A stretch of DNA of 64,000 nucleotides from Isurus oxyrinchus (taxonomy: Eukaryota), in the NCBI GenBank assembly GCA_026770705.1, contig JANJGN010000052.1, positions 2,294,001-2,358,000 on the forward strand. Direction: 5' to 3'. A program made the translations under genes and the position numbers. The notes below the pieces were generated by a model. That model did not search any database and was not told the DNA's origin. It worked only from the letters and a program-made list of their open reading frames with translations. Positions 1-11,309 of this stretch are shown here, in pieces; position 1 is the first letter of the stretch, and each line of letters begins with the position of its first letter.

Positions 1-220
1 GTGATATTGATGGACACTGTCAACACATTTAATCATTCATGTTAAAGTGAGTATTAGAGGTTGCTTTAGGACTGAATGGGAGCTATCACCAGGTTATTGA
101 GAATCAGACAGTGTGTTATAATAAGCTGTGTTTTGTGTTAATGTGTAAACATCACAGTTTGTGTTATTTCCCATTGAGTGTTGGATGTGAATTGTTGAGT
201 AATTATAACACAGCACTTAC

Positions 221-589
221 CAGAAACGTGAAGCTGGGTTACAGGGTAATAGTTATGGCTCGGACCATTGTCAAATTCTATTCTGAAAAAATAAGGTCCT
301 GCATCTTCCCGTCTGATGTTGTTTATAATCAGGGAACAGTCGCCATCTTTCAGGTCTCCAGACAGCCGGGTCCGATTGTGGAACCGTGATAACTCGTGAC
401 TGTGGTTCTTGGAGTGAAAGGCAATGGGAGCCCAGGGAATCTGTTTCTCATTATTAAACCAGACTCCACCTCGCGGTTGGTTTTCCAGACACGATGGATA
501 ACTGTAATGACATGGAATCTGTACACACGAACCTTCCTGCGCTGTCACCTCTCGTGGAGTGTCACCTTTCCACTCTTGTGAGGGTTCAG
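221..589 (-). CDS. Siglec-like gene A, V-set Ig exon V1 (AEPS type); gene continues beyond the left edge
   Basis: ctctccccAG acceptor and TCTG|GTAAGT donor; 369 bp, phase 1-1. Encodes AEPSQEWKGDTPREVTAQEGSCVQIPCHYSYPSC...GDLKDGDCSL...DAGPYFFRIE, with the Siglec V-set hallmarks (N-terminal W, GxCVxIPC, DCSL, YFFR). Confidence 0.85.
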
Positions 590-719
590 CTGGGGAGAGA
601 AATCTCAATATTTAACACTGGATGGTTTGTGGATGCTTTATCTATCCAATATTTACAGATGTTGCTGAATTGGGGGATGGTCAATACTGAGGAGAATGGC
701 AACAAATAACAGGAAGATA

Positions 720-860
720 TACATTCTGATGAAGAGTCATACAGACTCGAAATGTTTACTCTGTCTTCCTCTCCACAGATACTGTCAGACCTGCTGAGTG
801 TTTCCAGCAATTTTTGTTTTAGTTACAGATTTCCAGCATCTGGAGAATTTTGCTTTTACA
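720..860 (+). mobile_element. Penelope-like terminal-repeat fragment with degenerate hammerhead core
   Basis: ctgatgaagagtcatacagactcgaaa...cagacctgctgagt; same sequence as the end of the Penelope element at 12.1-12.96 kb. Confidence 0.6.
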
Positions 861-1520
861 TTACAGGAAGATATTAATAAACTTGCAGAATGGGCAGGTC
901 ATTGACAAAGGAATTTCTACGTTAATAAATTTGAGCCATTACATTTTGTTCAGGAGAATGGGGGGCTTGTATCTTACCTAGAAAATAAGAATCTAATTGG
1001 GAAAGAGGAACAACGTGATCTGGGGCAGAAATACAGGAATCAGTAAACGTGGGGACACAGGTTAACAAGGGGATTAAACATACAAACTAAACACTCGAGA
1101 TTATTTCTCCAGGGATTGAATTCAAAAGTAGAGAAGAGATGTGAAACTTGTCCTGAACCTTGGTCTGACTGCACCTGGAGTCACGTGTGCCGTTCTGGTC
1201 CCCATATTGTAAAAAGGATGTGGAGACACTGGAGAGGGTGGTAAAAAGCTTCACAAGGATGATCTCCGCAATGTGAGGCTTCACCTATCAGGAGAGGATG
1301 TAGAGGATGGGTCTCTGTTCTCTTGAACAGAGAAGGTTGAAGGGGTGACCTCATTTGACCTTTGAAGTAATGAAAGGTTTTGATCGAGTAGACATGGAGA
1401 GAGTGTTTCCACTCGTCACAATGAACAAAACCTGAGTCTGACAATATAACATCCTCACTAATAAATCCAATGGGGAATTCAGGAGAAACTTCTTTACCCA
1501 GAGAGTGGGGAGAATGTGTA
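861..1520 (+). mobile_element. CR1-like LINE 3' fragment (degenerate RT C-terminus)
   Basis: Motifs such as ttctggtccccatatt, ctggagagggtg, agaaggttgaaggggtgacct and ttctttacccagagagtg match the CR1-type copy at 19.4-20.0 kb. Confidence 0.6.
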
Positions 1521-2257
1521 CTTTAAGAATTACTTCATTGGTTGTGAATTGATTTAGGATCGTCCTGAGGTGGTGAAAGGCGCTATGGAAATGCGAGACT
1601 TGCTTTTGTGTTTTGAAAGCAGGTATCCAAGAATGAGATGGGAACTGAGAGGTAACAACAATCAGCAGCAATTTTCCTATTTTCAAACTTGGTGGGGAAT
1701 GTGTCACTGAGCTGAATACACTTTCACTCCCAGACCCTTGAATTGCCAACACTGGGGTGTGGGTGATGGAGCAGCCCACAGCTCATGGAACCCTGGCTCA
1801 TCATTCTCTCAGAGATCTGGGTCACTGATCCCATTGCTCTCTGTGGGAGCTTCCTGTGAACAAACTCACTGCCACGTTAGACAGTGACTATACTTCAAGA
1901 ATTTCTTCATTGTCTGTGAAGTGAATTGTCATGTGCTGAGGTGGTGAAACTTGCTACAGAAATGCAAGTCTTTACTATGTCGATTTGCCAGACTTTTAAA
2001 TGGGGATTAGAGAAATCGATGGGAGTGGATAACCTGATAACATTGATGGACACAGTCAACATATTTTATCATTCATGTTAAAGTGAATATTAGAGGTTGC
2101 TTTCGGACTGAGCTGGAAGCTACCACCAGGTTATTGAGAATCAGACAGTGTGTTATAATAAGCTGTGTTTTGTGTTAATATGTAAATGTCACAGTTTGTG
2201 TTATTTCCCATTGAGTGTTGAATGTGAATTGTTGAGTAATTATAACACAGCACTTAC

Positions 2258-2625
2258 CAGAAACGTGAAGCTGGGTTACAGGGTAATAGTTATGGCTCGG
2301 ACCATTGTCAAATTCTATTCTGAAAAAATAAGGTCCTTCATCGTCCCGTCTGATGTTGTTTATAGTCAGGGAACAGTCACCATCTTTCAGGTCTCCAGAC
2401 AGCCGGGTCCGATGGTGGAACCGTGGTAACTCGTGACTGTGATCCTTGGAGTGAAAGGCAATGGGAGCCCAGGGAATCTGTTCCTCATTATTAAACCAGA
2501 CTCCACTTCGCGGTTGGTTTTCCAGACACGATGGATAACTGTAGTGACATGGAATCTGTACACACGAACCTTCCTGCGCTGTCACCTCTCGTGGAGTGTC
2601 ACCTTTCCACTCTTGTGAGGTTCAG
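2258..2625 (-). pseudogene. Siglec-like gene A, V-set exon V2 (AEPS type) with a 1-bp deletion near its 5' end
   Basis: Near-copy of V1 at offset 2037. Length is 368 bp versus 369 because tgtgagggttcag became tgtgaggttcag, frameshifting it relative to the phase-1 acceptor. Confidence 0.75.
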
Positions 2626-2754
2626 CTGGGGAGAGAAATCTCAATATTTCCCTCTAGATGGTTTGTGGATCCACTGAACCCGATATTTACAGATGAGGCT
2701 GAATTGGGGGGATGGTCATTACTGAGGAGGACTGCAACAAATTACAGGAAGATA

Positions 2755-3303
2755 TACATTCTGATGAAGAGTCATACGGACTCGAAACATTAACTCTGTC
2801 TTCCTCTCCACAGATGCTGTCAGACCTGCTGTGTTTTTCCTGCAATTTTTCTTTTTGTTACAGATTTCCAGCATCTGGAGAATTTTGCCTTTATATTACA
2901 GGAAGGTATTAATAAACTTGCAGAATGGGCAGGTCATTGACAAATGAATTTCTACGTTAAATGGGAGGCATTACATTTTGTTCAGGAAAATGAGAAGCTT
3001 GTATCTTACCTCGAAAATAAGAATCTAATTGGGATAGAGGAACAACGTGATCTGGGGCAGAAACACAGGAATCACTAACCGTGGGGACACAGGTTAACAA
3101 GGGGATTAAACATACAAACTAAACACTCGAGATTATTTCTCCAGGGATTGAATTGAAAAGTAGAGAAGTGATGTGAAACTTGTCCTGATCCTCGGTCTGT
3201 CTGCACCTGGAGTCACGTGTGCAGTTCCGGTCCCCATATTATATAAAGAATATAGAGACACTGGAGAGGGTGGTAAAAAGCTTCACAAGGATGATCTCAG
3301 CAA
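2755..3303 (+). mobile_element. Penelope terminal fragment plus CR1-like fragment (duplicate of 720-1270)
   Basis: Direct repeat of the intron next to V1. Confidence 0.6.
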
Positions 3304-4349
3304 TGTGGTAGTGTACCCATTAGTAGGAAAACATAATAATTTTCATAGTGGTAATTTAATTTATTGTAAGCTAGGAATAGAGGGGTCTTGATANNNNNNN
3401 NNNNNNNNNNNNNNNNNNNNNNNNNNNNNNNNNNNNNNNNNNNNNNNNNNNNNNNNNNNNNNNNNNNNNNNNNNNNNNNNNNNNNNNNNNNNNNNNNNNN
3501 NNNNNNNNNNNNNNNNNNNNNNNNNNNNNNNNNNNNNNNNNNNNNNNNNNNNNNNNNNNNNNNNNNNNNNNNNNNAAATATGGCTGGGCTGAACGTTTTG
3601 AAGTCTCAGAAAAGAAGCTAAATTTGAAATGTTTAATAGGTAAACATAGCCAGAGTTTTAGAATGGGAGGTGCGAAAGGAGAATTTGCAATTTCTACATA
3701 GTCCTGAATTTCAATGAGGTGCTTAAATGTTACACCTAGTGAAGAGAGGCTAAGGCAAACAGCGTTTTTATTATTCACAATTTTACTGAGAAACTTGGTA
3801 CCATGAAAGATTTCTATTATTGGAAATGTAAAGTCCAATGACATATTGGAACAATGGGGTTTACATTCAGAAAGGGAGAAACATCTCTAAATGAGATTAG
3901 GTTATGTGTAAGGGAAGGCATTGAAAGATCTACAAGTGTGAAATGCCTCTGTGCCCCTAATTGCTGTCTGCAAGAACTGAAGGAAAGAAAATTCACTTTG
4001 AATTTAACTGTTCAGGGTATTGTGTTACTTCCTCTGAGGCTTTTTAAATCTGCTTGTTTTACTGTTGCTTTACCAGAGGAGTAACTGGGAGTCAGATTAA
4101 TTAGGGAAGCTAAGAATTAGCATAGCAGTAATTTGTAGAACTGTGTATGTGTTTAAAATTATTTCTTTTACTAATAAATGCTGAATTTAGTTTTGCCAAA
4201 ACCCTCTCGACCTGGTGGACTCATTACTACTGAATTCAAGGGAAACAACTCAACATAAAAATACAACTTGCAAAACAGTTGTGGCAGCTGTTCCAAGTTT
4301 ACTTTGGGATTTGAGCAGCTCAGCTTTTACCGTCTGCTGTGCCATAACA
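3304..4349. mobile_element. Probable solo LTR inserted in the CR1 fragment; spans the gap
   Basis: Starts TGTGG, ends ATAACA, contains AATAAA. The CR1 sequence resumes right after it (ctatcaggagagga), as in the uninterrupted copy near 1285. Confidence 0.45.
3394..3576. other. Assembly gap (183 N)
   Basis: Run of N. Confidence 0.99.
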
Positions 4350-5573
4350 CTATCAGGAGAGGAAGGACAGTCGGGGCCTGGTTTCTCGTGAACAGAATAG
4401 ATTGAAGAGGTGACCTTGGGGAGGTGGCTACGATTCTGAAATATGCTGACAGAGTCGACGCACAGAGAGAAAGTTTCCCCAGGTGGAGAGGAGGAAAAGC
4501 AGAGGCAGAAATTACCCCCCTCGGGGTGGGGGAGGTGGGGGGGGGGGTGTTGCCTGTGCAGGGTTGGCAGGGGTGGGCGTGAACCCGATTGGTGCCCCCG
4601 ATCGAAGCTGTGCCGCCATTTGACGTGGGCCGGACAGTTCGGGCCCGCCCAGCGTGACGGGTGCCCGGGAGCGTGGGCGGGGGAGGGGAGGGGAGGGGGA
4701 TTCCCTGAGGTGCCTCGGGGAGATGAGCTTCAGGTTTAAGACACGTCCCCTCATGTGACAGTGCCTCATGAGCTGGGACATGCTCATCAGTTTTGATGGA
4801 ACAATTTTGTGTAATGAAGGAAAACTTCAGGAAAGCTCCTCCGGCCTGCGGATGAGGCTCCATGAAAACTACAAAGGATGCCTGGAGGTTAGACGAGCAG
4901 CCCTGATCCTTGTTTAAATGACTATTTCAATGTCCTTCACGGGCCTTGGACAATTGGGCGTGCGGGCTGCGACCCCCGCTGAACTGACATTCGAAATGAT
5001 GCGCAGGGACGTTGGGACATCCGCCCGAATTCATTTCACTGTACGCGAGCAGACCCCACACACACTCACCGAGACAAGAATTCCACCCCCCCTCCCCCCA
5101 CCCCCCCCCCCTCCCCCCCCCCGCCACCCCAGCAGGGACCAGCAAGGTATGAAATCCCAGCGGGAATTCAGGAGGAATTCCTTTCCCCAGGGCTGGGGAG
5201 AATGTGCAATTCAGCAATTATCTCATTGTCTGTGAAGTGATTTGGTGCATGCTTGAGGTGGTGAAAGGCGCTATAGGAATGCAAGTCTTTCGTTTGTTGA
5301 TTTGTCGGACTTTTAAAAAGCATTAGGTAGACTGATGGGAGTGGATAACCTGATAACATTGATGGACACAGTCAATACATTTAATCATTGATATTAAAGT
5401 GAGTATTAGAGGTTGCTTTAGGACTGAACTGGAAGCTATCACCAGGTTATTGAGAATCAGACAGTGTGTTACAATAAGCTGTGTTTTGTGTTAATATGTA
5501 AACGTCACAGTTTGTGTTATTTCCCATTGAGAGTTGAATGTGAATTGTTGAGTAATTATAACACAGCACTTAC

Positions 5574-5939
5574 CAGAAACGTGAAGCCGGGTTACAGGGT
5601 AATAGTTATGGCTCGGACCATTGTCAAATTCTATTCTGAAAAAATAAGGTCCTGCATCTTCCTGTCTGATGCTGTTTATAATCAGGGAACAGTCGCCATC
5701 TTTCAGGTCTCCAGACAGCCGGGTCCGATGGCGGAACCGTGCTAACTCGTGACTGTGATCCTTGGAGTGAAAGGCTATAGACGATGTTCTCCATTCCTCA
5801 TTATTAAACCAGACTCCATCTCGTGGCTGAATTTTCAAATCTGTTGGGTAACTGTAATTAAATGGAATCTGTACACACGAACCTTCCTGCGCTGTCACCT
5901 CTCGTGGAGTGTCGCCTTTCCACTCTTGTGACAGTCCAA
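5574..5939 (-). CDS. Siglec-like gene A, first V-set exon V3 (VGLS type)
   Basis: AG/GTAAGT bounded, 366 bp, phase 1-1. Encodes VGLSQEW...CVQIPFNYSY...YFFRIE; the B-strand Cys is replaced by Phe. Confidence 0.85.
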
Positions 5940-7018
5940 CTGGGGAGAGAAATATCAATATTTAACTCTGGAAGGTTTGTAGATCCACTAGACTCGATAT
6001 CCACCCTCTCCATCACTGGGGCACAGTGGCTGCAGTGTGGACCATCTACAGGACACACAAGGAACTCCCCAAGGTTTCACAAAGGATGGAAGAGAATCCT
6101 GGACACAGGAGTGGACTAGTTCATTCTACATTGGCTCATGGTCCTCAGGACCCTGTTTAGTGAAGCCAGTCTTCCACCCAACACAGAGTCTACAAGATAC
6201 ACAGGGAAACTGTGTAAACATCTCATCTCTCTACACTGACTGGTTTGAGCTTCAGTTTAACTTTCAGTTATTTTACTTCCTTATTGTGGTTGCTATGGTG
6301 AAACTGTGCAGGAAGTGCGAGGGCTGGACTCTCTGTCTATTCTGACTGCAGCTGTGATGTGGGCGTGGTGATTCTCAGTAAAATGAAACCCTCTGAGCTC
6401 CTCCATCCCCGAGGTTTAGGGAGTGAATTCCAGAGCTCAGGCCCCAGGCAGCTGAAGGCCCAGCCGCCAATATTGGAGTGATGGGAATCGGGGGATGGTC
6501 AAGAGGCCGGAATTGGAGTAACACAGAGATCTGGGACGTTGGTTGGGAGAGTTGCAGGAGGTGACAGAGATAAAGAGTCAGTTTGTGGCAATGGAGGCAT
6601 TTCAACACAGTGCTCTGAATTTTATGTTTGTGATGTTGTAGGACCAGGAGTCAGAAAACACAGGTGTGAACGGAGAATGGGGCTTGGTGTGAGTTTGCAC
6701 ATTGGGTCACTGCTGAATCTGAACCCAAACAGAGCTCAGTAAGAATCTTAAGATTCTGCTTGAGCTACAACAAACTTGCCTATCTCTGTAACCTCCTCCA
6801 GCCCCTACAACCCTCTGAGATCTCTGCTCTCCCCCCGTTCTGCTGTCAGACAGGGAGTCAGTGTATATCAGTGAGCACAGGGGTGATGGGTGAATGGGAC
6901 TTGGTGTGAGTTTGTACACTGGCTCACTGCTGAATCAGTTCCCAGTCACAGCTCAATAAGAATGATCTTTTACAAAGACTATTAATCATAAATCTGTCCG
7001 AGATGACGATGATATTAC

Positions 7019-7058
7019 CTTGGAGAAGTGATAGGAGGAAGTAAGATTTCCCGATCAT
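7019..7058 (-). CDS. Gene A leader (signal peptide) exon MIGKSYFLLSLLQ
   Basis: ATG...CAAG|GTAAT, 40 bp, phase 1; joins V3 to give MIGKSYFLLSLLQVGLS-QEW. Confidence 0.8.
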
Positions 7059-7508
7059 TGTCCACTCCCAGATATTCCATCCACTTCTCACTCTCAAACT
7101 GTGAAAGAGAAAGGAGTTAATGAGACCTCACCTCTTGTCCGACAGCTCTCGAGAAATCAGAACTGCTTTTAGACAATGTCTTCACAGACTAATTTGATTC
7201 TCTGTGGGATGATAGGTGCTCTGCAGAGAGTTACAAGGCTTTAAGAAAGAAAAACAATGAAGGACTTGCATTTCTATAGCACCTTTCACCACCTCAAGAC
7301 ATCCCAAAGCTCATGTCTCTGCACTTCCCTCATCCCTTGAGCTAGAAAGATGTTCTGTACAACAGACTTGAGTCTCACACCCAGATCTCAATAACCAGTA
7401 GAAATCTTTCAAAGGCATCAATCATTGGAATCTGTCTTTATAAAGTCACAACATCAACAAAGGACGGTGTTGGTGGTGGAAGTGAATTCCAATCGTTCCG
7501 TTACTTAC

Positions 7509-7660
7509 CCAGGACCTGTCCGACTGCTCGCCTGGGGAGGAACTGCCCACACGCTCTGCTTGGGCTGAATGACCTCTTCCCGTGCTGCTCCCTCTGTGTG
7601 TTTAATTAGAAAGGGTGGATGTGTCACTGTGAGACAAAATGAGGAAGTGGGTAACCAGTG
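7509..7660 (-). promoter_or_regulatory. Conserved module: putative PU.1/Ets site plus 5' non-coding exon of gene A
   Basis: aaatGAGGAAGTg at about 7637-7649 and a TGG|GTAAGT donor; the same module lies upstream of every leader exon. Confidence 0.5.
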
Positions 7661-7874
7661 AGAAGATCGAGGATGTTTTGCGCTCTCAGCAAAACGTTTA
7701 CCATGTGATGATCTGTCAGCTCATATTTGGGCAGCTGTAGTCATGAAGCTTCTCCATTGGCTCCGTGGGATTAGACTCCTGCCCCTCACTTCGGAGGCTG
7801 AAACTCAGGCGATAAGAGTTCCCAATACAGGTCTCTGGCCTTATGATACATTTCAACGATCCCTGATCATTACG

Positions 7875-10220
7875 GAGGGAGTGCTGCACTGTCAGCGGCA
7901 CTGTACTGTGGGAGTGCTGCACTGTCAGAGAGTCAGTAATGTGGGAGGGCTGCACTGTCAGAGGGTCAGTAATGTGGGAGTGCTGCAACATCAGAGGGTC
8001 AGTAATGAGGGAGTGCTGCACTATCAGAGGGTAAATAATGTGGGAGTGCTGAACTGTCGGTGGGTCTGTACTGAGTGGGTTCCGCACAGTTGGAGGGTCA
8101 GTATTGAGGGGGTGCCGGACTGTGGGAGGGTTAGTACTGAGGTAGAGTGGAGTGTGAGGAGATATCCTTTTATGGCAGAGTTTAACTGGAATTTATTTAA
8201 ACACAATTCTTGTACTGTGTGTTATTGCAAAAGAAAGGATTTGAGGAACTAAGTCTTGTTCCCGTAAGCCTAAAAATAATTTTCACGGATTTCAATGATT
8301 TAGCATTGAAACCTCGCTCTTTGGGCACCAGTCTTGATTGAAACAACTCGCACAGCACAGTGGGAGGGTGAGTACTGAGGGTGTGCTGCACTGTGGGAGG
8401 GTGAGTACTGAGCGCGGGCTCACTGTGGGAGTGTGAGTACTGAGGGAGTGCTGCACTGTGGGAGACTGAGTACTGAGAGAGTGCTGCACTGTCAGAGGAT
8501 CAGTAATGAGGGAGTGCTGCACTGTCAGAGGGTCAGTAATGTGGGAGGGCTGCACTGTCAGAGGGTCAGTAGTGTGGGAGGTCTGCACTGTCAGAGGGTC
8601 ATTAATGTGGGAGGGCTGCACTGTCAGAGGGTCAGTAATGTGGGAGGTCTGCACTGTCAGATGGTCAGTAATGAGGGAGTGCTGCACTGTCAGAGGGTCA
8701 GTAATGTGGGAGGGCTGCACTGTCAGAGGGTCAGTAATGTGGGAGGTCTGCACTGTCAGGTGGTCAGTAATGAGGGAGTGCTGCACTATCAGAGGGTCAG
8801 TAATGTGGGAGGGCTGCACTGTCAGAGGGTCAGTAATGTGGGAGGGCTGCACTGTCAGAGGGTCAGTAATGTGGGAGGTCTGCACTGTCAGGTGGTCAGT
8901 AATGTGGGAGGGCTGCACTGTCAGAGGGTCAGTAATGTGGGAGTGCTGCACTGTCGGAGGGTCTGTACTGAGTGAGTTCCGCACAGTTGGAGGGTCAGTA
9001 TTGAGGGGGTGCCGGACTGTGGGAGGGTTAGTCCGGGGTTTGATTATTGATTCTGAACGGCGTTTGATTATTGATACTGAACGGGGTTTGATTATTGACA
9101 TTGAATGGGGTTTGATTATTGATTCTAAACGGTGTTTGATTATTGATTCTAAACGTTGTTTGATTATTGAACCTGAATGGAGTTTGATTATTGATTCTGA
9201 ACGGGGTTTGATTATTGATCCTGAAAGGGGTTTGATTATGGATTCTGAACGGGGTTTGATTATGGATTCTGAACGGGGTTTGATTATTGATTCTGAAAGG
9301 GGTTTGATTATTGATACTGAACGGGGTTTGATTATTTGTGTTATTGCAAAAGAAAGGATTTGAGGAACTAAGTCTTGTTCCCGTAAGCCTAAAAATAATT
9401 TTCACGGATTTCAATGATTAAGCAATGAAACCTCCCTCTTTGGGCACCAGTCTTGATTGAAACAACTCGCACAGCACTTCGGGAGAGTGAGTACTGAGGG
9501 AGTGCTGCACTGTGGGAGGGTGAGTCCTGAGGGAGTGCTGCACTGTGGGAGGGTGAGAATTGAGGGAGTGCTGCACTGTGGGAGAGTGAGTACTGAGGGA
9601 GTGCTGCACTGTGGGAGGGTGAGTCCTGAGGGAGTGCTGCACTGTGGGAGAGTGAGTACTGAGGGAGGGCTGCACTGTGGGAGGGTGAGTACTGAGGGAG
9701 TGCTGCACTGTGGGAGGGTGAGAATTGAGGGAGTGCTGCACAGTGGGAGGGGGAGTACTGAGGGAATGCTGCACTTCGGGAGAGTGAGTACTGAGGGAGG
9801 GCTGCACTGTGGGAGGGTGTGTACAGAGGGAGTGCTGCACTGTGGGAGCGTCAGTACTGAGGGAGTGCTGCACTGTGGGAGGGTGAGAATTGAGGGAGTG
9901 CTGCACTGTGGGAGCGTCAGTACTGAGGGAGTGCTGAACTGTCGGAAGGTCAGTAGTGAGGGAGGGATACAGTATCAGAGGATCAGTACTGATGGAATGC
10001 TGCACTGTGGGTGAGTGAGTACTGAGGGAGTGCTGCACTGCCAGATTGTCATCCATGAGGGAGTGCTGCACTGTCAGAAGGTCAGTGCTGACGGGGTGCT
10101 GCACTTGAAAAGGGTCAATAATGAGGTAGTGCAGCACTGTCACAGGGACAGTAATGAGGGAGCGCTGCACTGACGGAGGGTCAGCACTGAGGAAACGCTG
10201 CACTGTCAGTTCTGAGCGTG
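7875..10220. repeat. 33-bp minisatellite arrays (agtactgagggagtgctgcactgtgggagggtc type), interrupted
   Basis: Tandem units at about 7875-8140, 8355-9030 and 9475-10220; source of the periodic GVLHCQRVS/TDPLTVQHS ORFs. Confidence 0.9.
9036..9335. repeat. 24-bp minisatellite (ttgattattgattctgaacggggt)
   Basis: About 12 tandem units; reverse complement of the array at 43995-44352. Confidence 0.9.
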
Positions 10221-11089
10221 GTCTGCACTGTCCTAAGTGCATTCTAGGCACTGCCAAAGGTTCCGCCTGATGTCCGTGTAACAACAACATCATGTACACG
10301 TCGAGAATATTTCTCAGTTTGGTGCAGCAAGACAGTTTTGGAATGGCACCACCACTGGCAGGAGTGTGAAACTACAATGTGACATGTTTACATGGGAAAT
10401 TTCTATTATAAAGATGGGCACAGGAATTTGTATGATAGAACAAATGTGACAACATGAAGTAATGTCTTTGAGCCAAAAATATTTTGTTAAACAGCGAAAC
10501 GAACAACAATCTGGGAAACAGGGAAACAATTTGTTTGGAGATTTGAGAAATTCTCTGCAGCTTAGAGGATAACAGATGTGCTACAGTGCCAGCAATGATG
10601 GGAGTTCATCAGTACAACGTGACATGTTTACATTGATATAGCCAATGAACATAGGAAATTATGATGTGAAAAATTGGTTGCAGGTTTATCTTCTTCAATA
10701 TGTCATGGATGGATGAGACAGCTTTGATAACAGAATGAGATACAGCTGCAATAAACCTCAATTTTAGTCTTTCACACTTGGAGAGTACAATTAGCATCCA
10801 TCCTGATGGCTGAGTGGATGGGTGGACTGTGCGATGTGTTACAGATTACAGAAACCAACATCCTTGATCCTGGTTCCGCTCTGTGTTTGATGAGATGCTT
10901 GTATCAAAGATTGGGAAAATAAATAATCCTCCTGCATTGATCTGTATCTGGTCTCTCCCTCTATCAATGTCCTGAGGACAGAATTGGGTTCCATGTCCAA
11001 AATCAGACACATGCTTTGACTGCCCATTGAATCGGAACAGGAGGAGGCCATTCAGCCCCCTCGAGCCTGCTACACAGGAACAAGAGGGC

Positions 11090-11305
11090 ACCTGAAACAA
11101 AAACAGAAATGCTGGAGAAACTGAGTAGGTCTGGCAGAATCTGTGCAGAGATAAACAGAATTAACATTTCGAGTCCGTATGACCCTTCTTCAGAGTCTCA
11201 AAGCAAAAACTCTGTTTCTCTCTCCACAGCTGCTGCCAGACCTGCTGAGTTAATGCAGCATTTTCTGATTTTATTTAGATTTACAGCATCTGCAGTATTT
11301 ATTTT
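11090..11305. mobile_element. Inverted pair of Penelope terminal-repeat fragments
   Basis: ctgagtaggtctggcag... is followed by its reverse complement ...ctgccagacctgctgag; also present at about 45680-45890. Confidence 0.5.
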
Positions 11306-11309
11306 TAAT

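Noticed and set aside
111-581. Recurrent MCYNKLCFV and MTVILGVKG ORFs
   Set aside because: Antisense shadows of the V exons, repeated only because the exons are duplicated.
4327-5235. GC-rich ORFs or a CpG-island gene
   Set aside because: The block sits inside a CR1 fragment, is absent from the paralogous intron and has no coherent protein; probably a non-autonomous insertion of undetermined class.
7716-10299. Long ORFs (269-293 aa) with 11-aa and 8-aa periodicity
   Set aside because: Translations of the 33-bp and 24-bp minisatellites, open in several frames and on both strands, with no splice or domain evidence.
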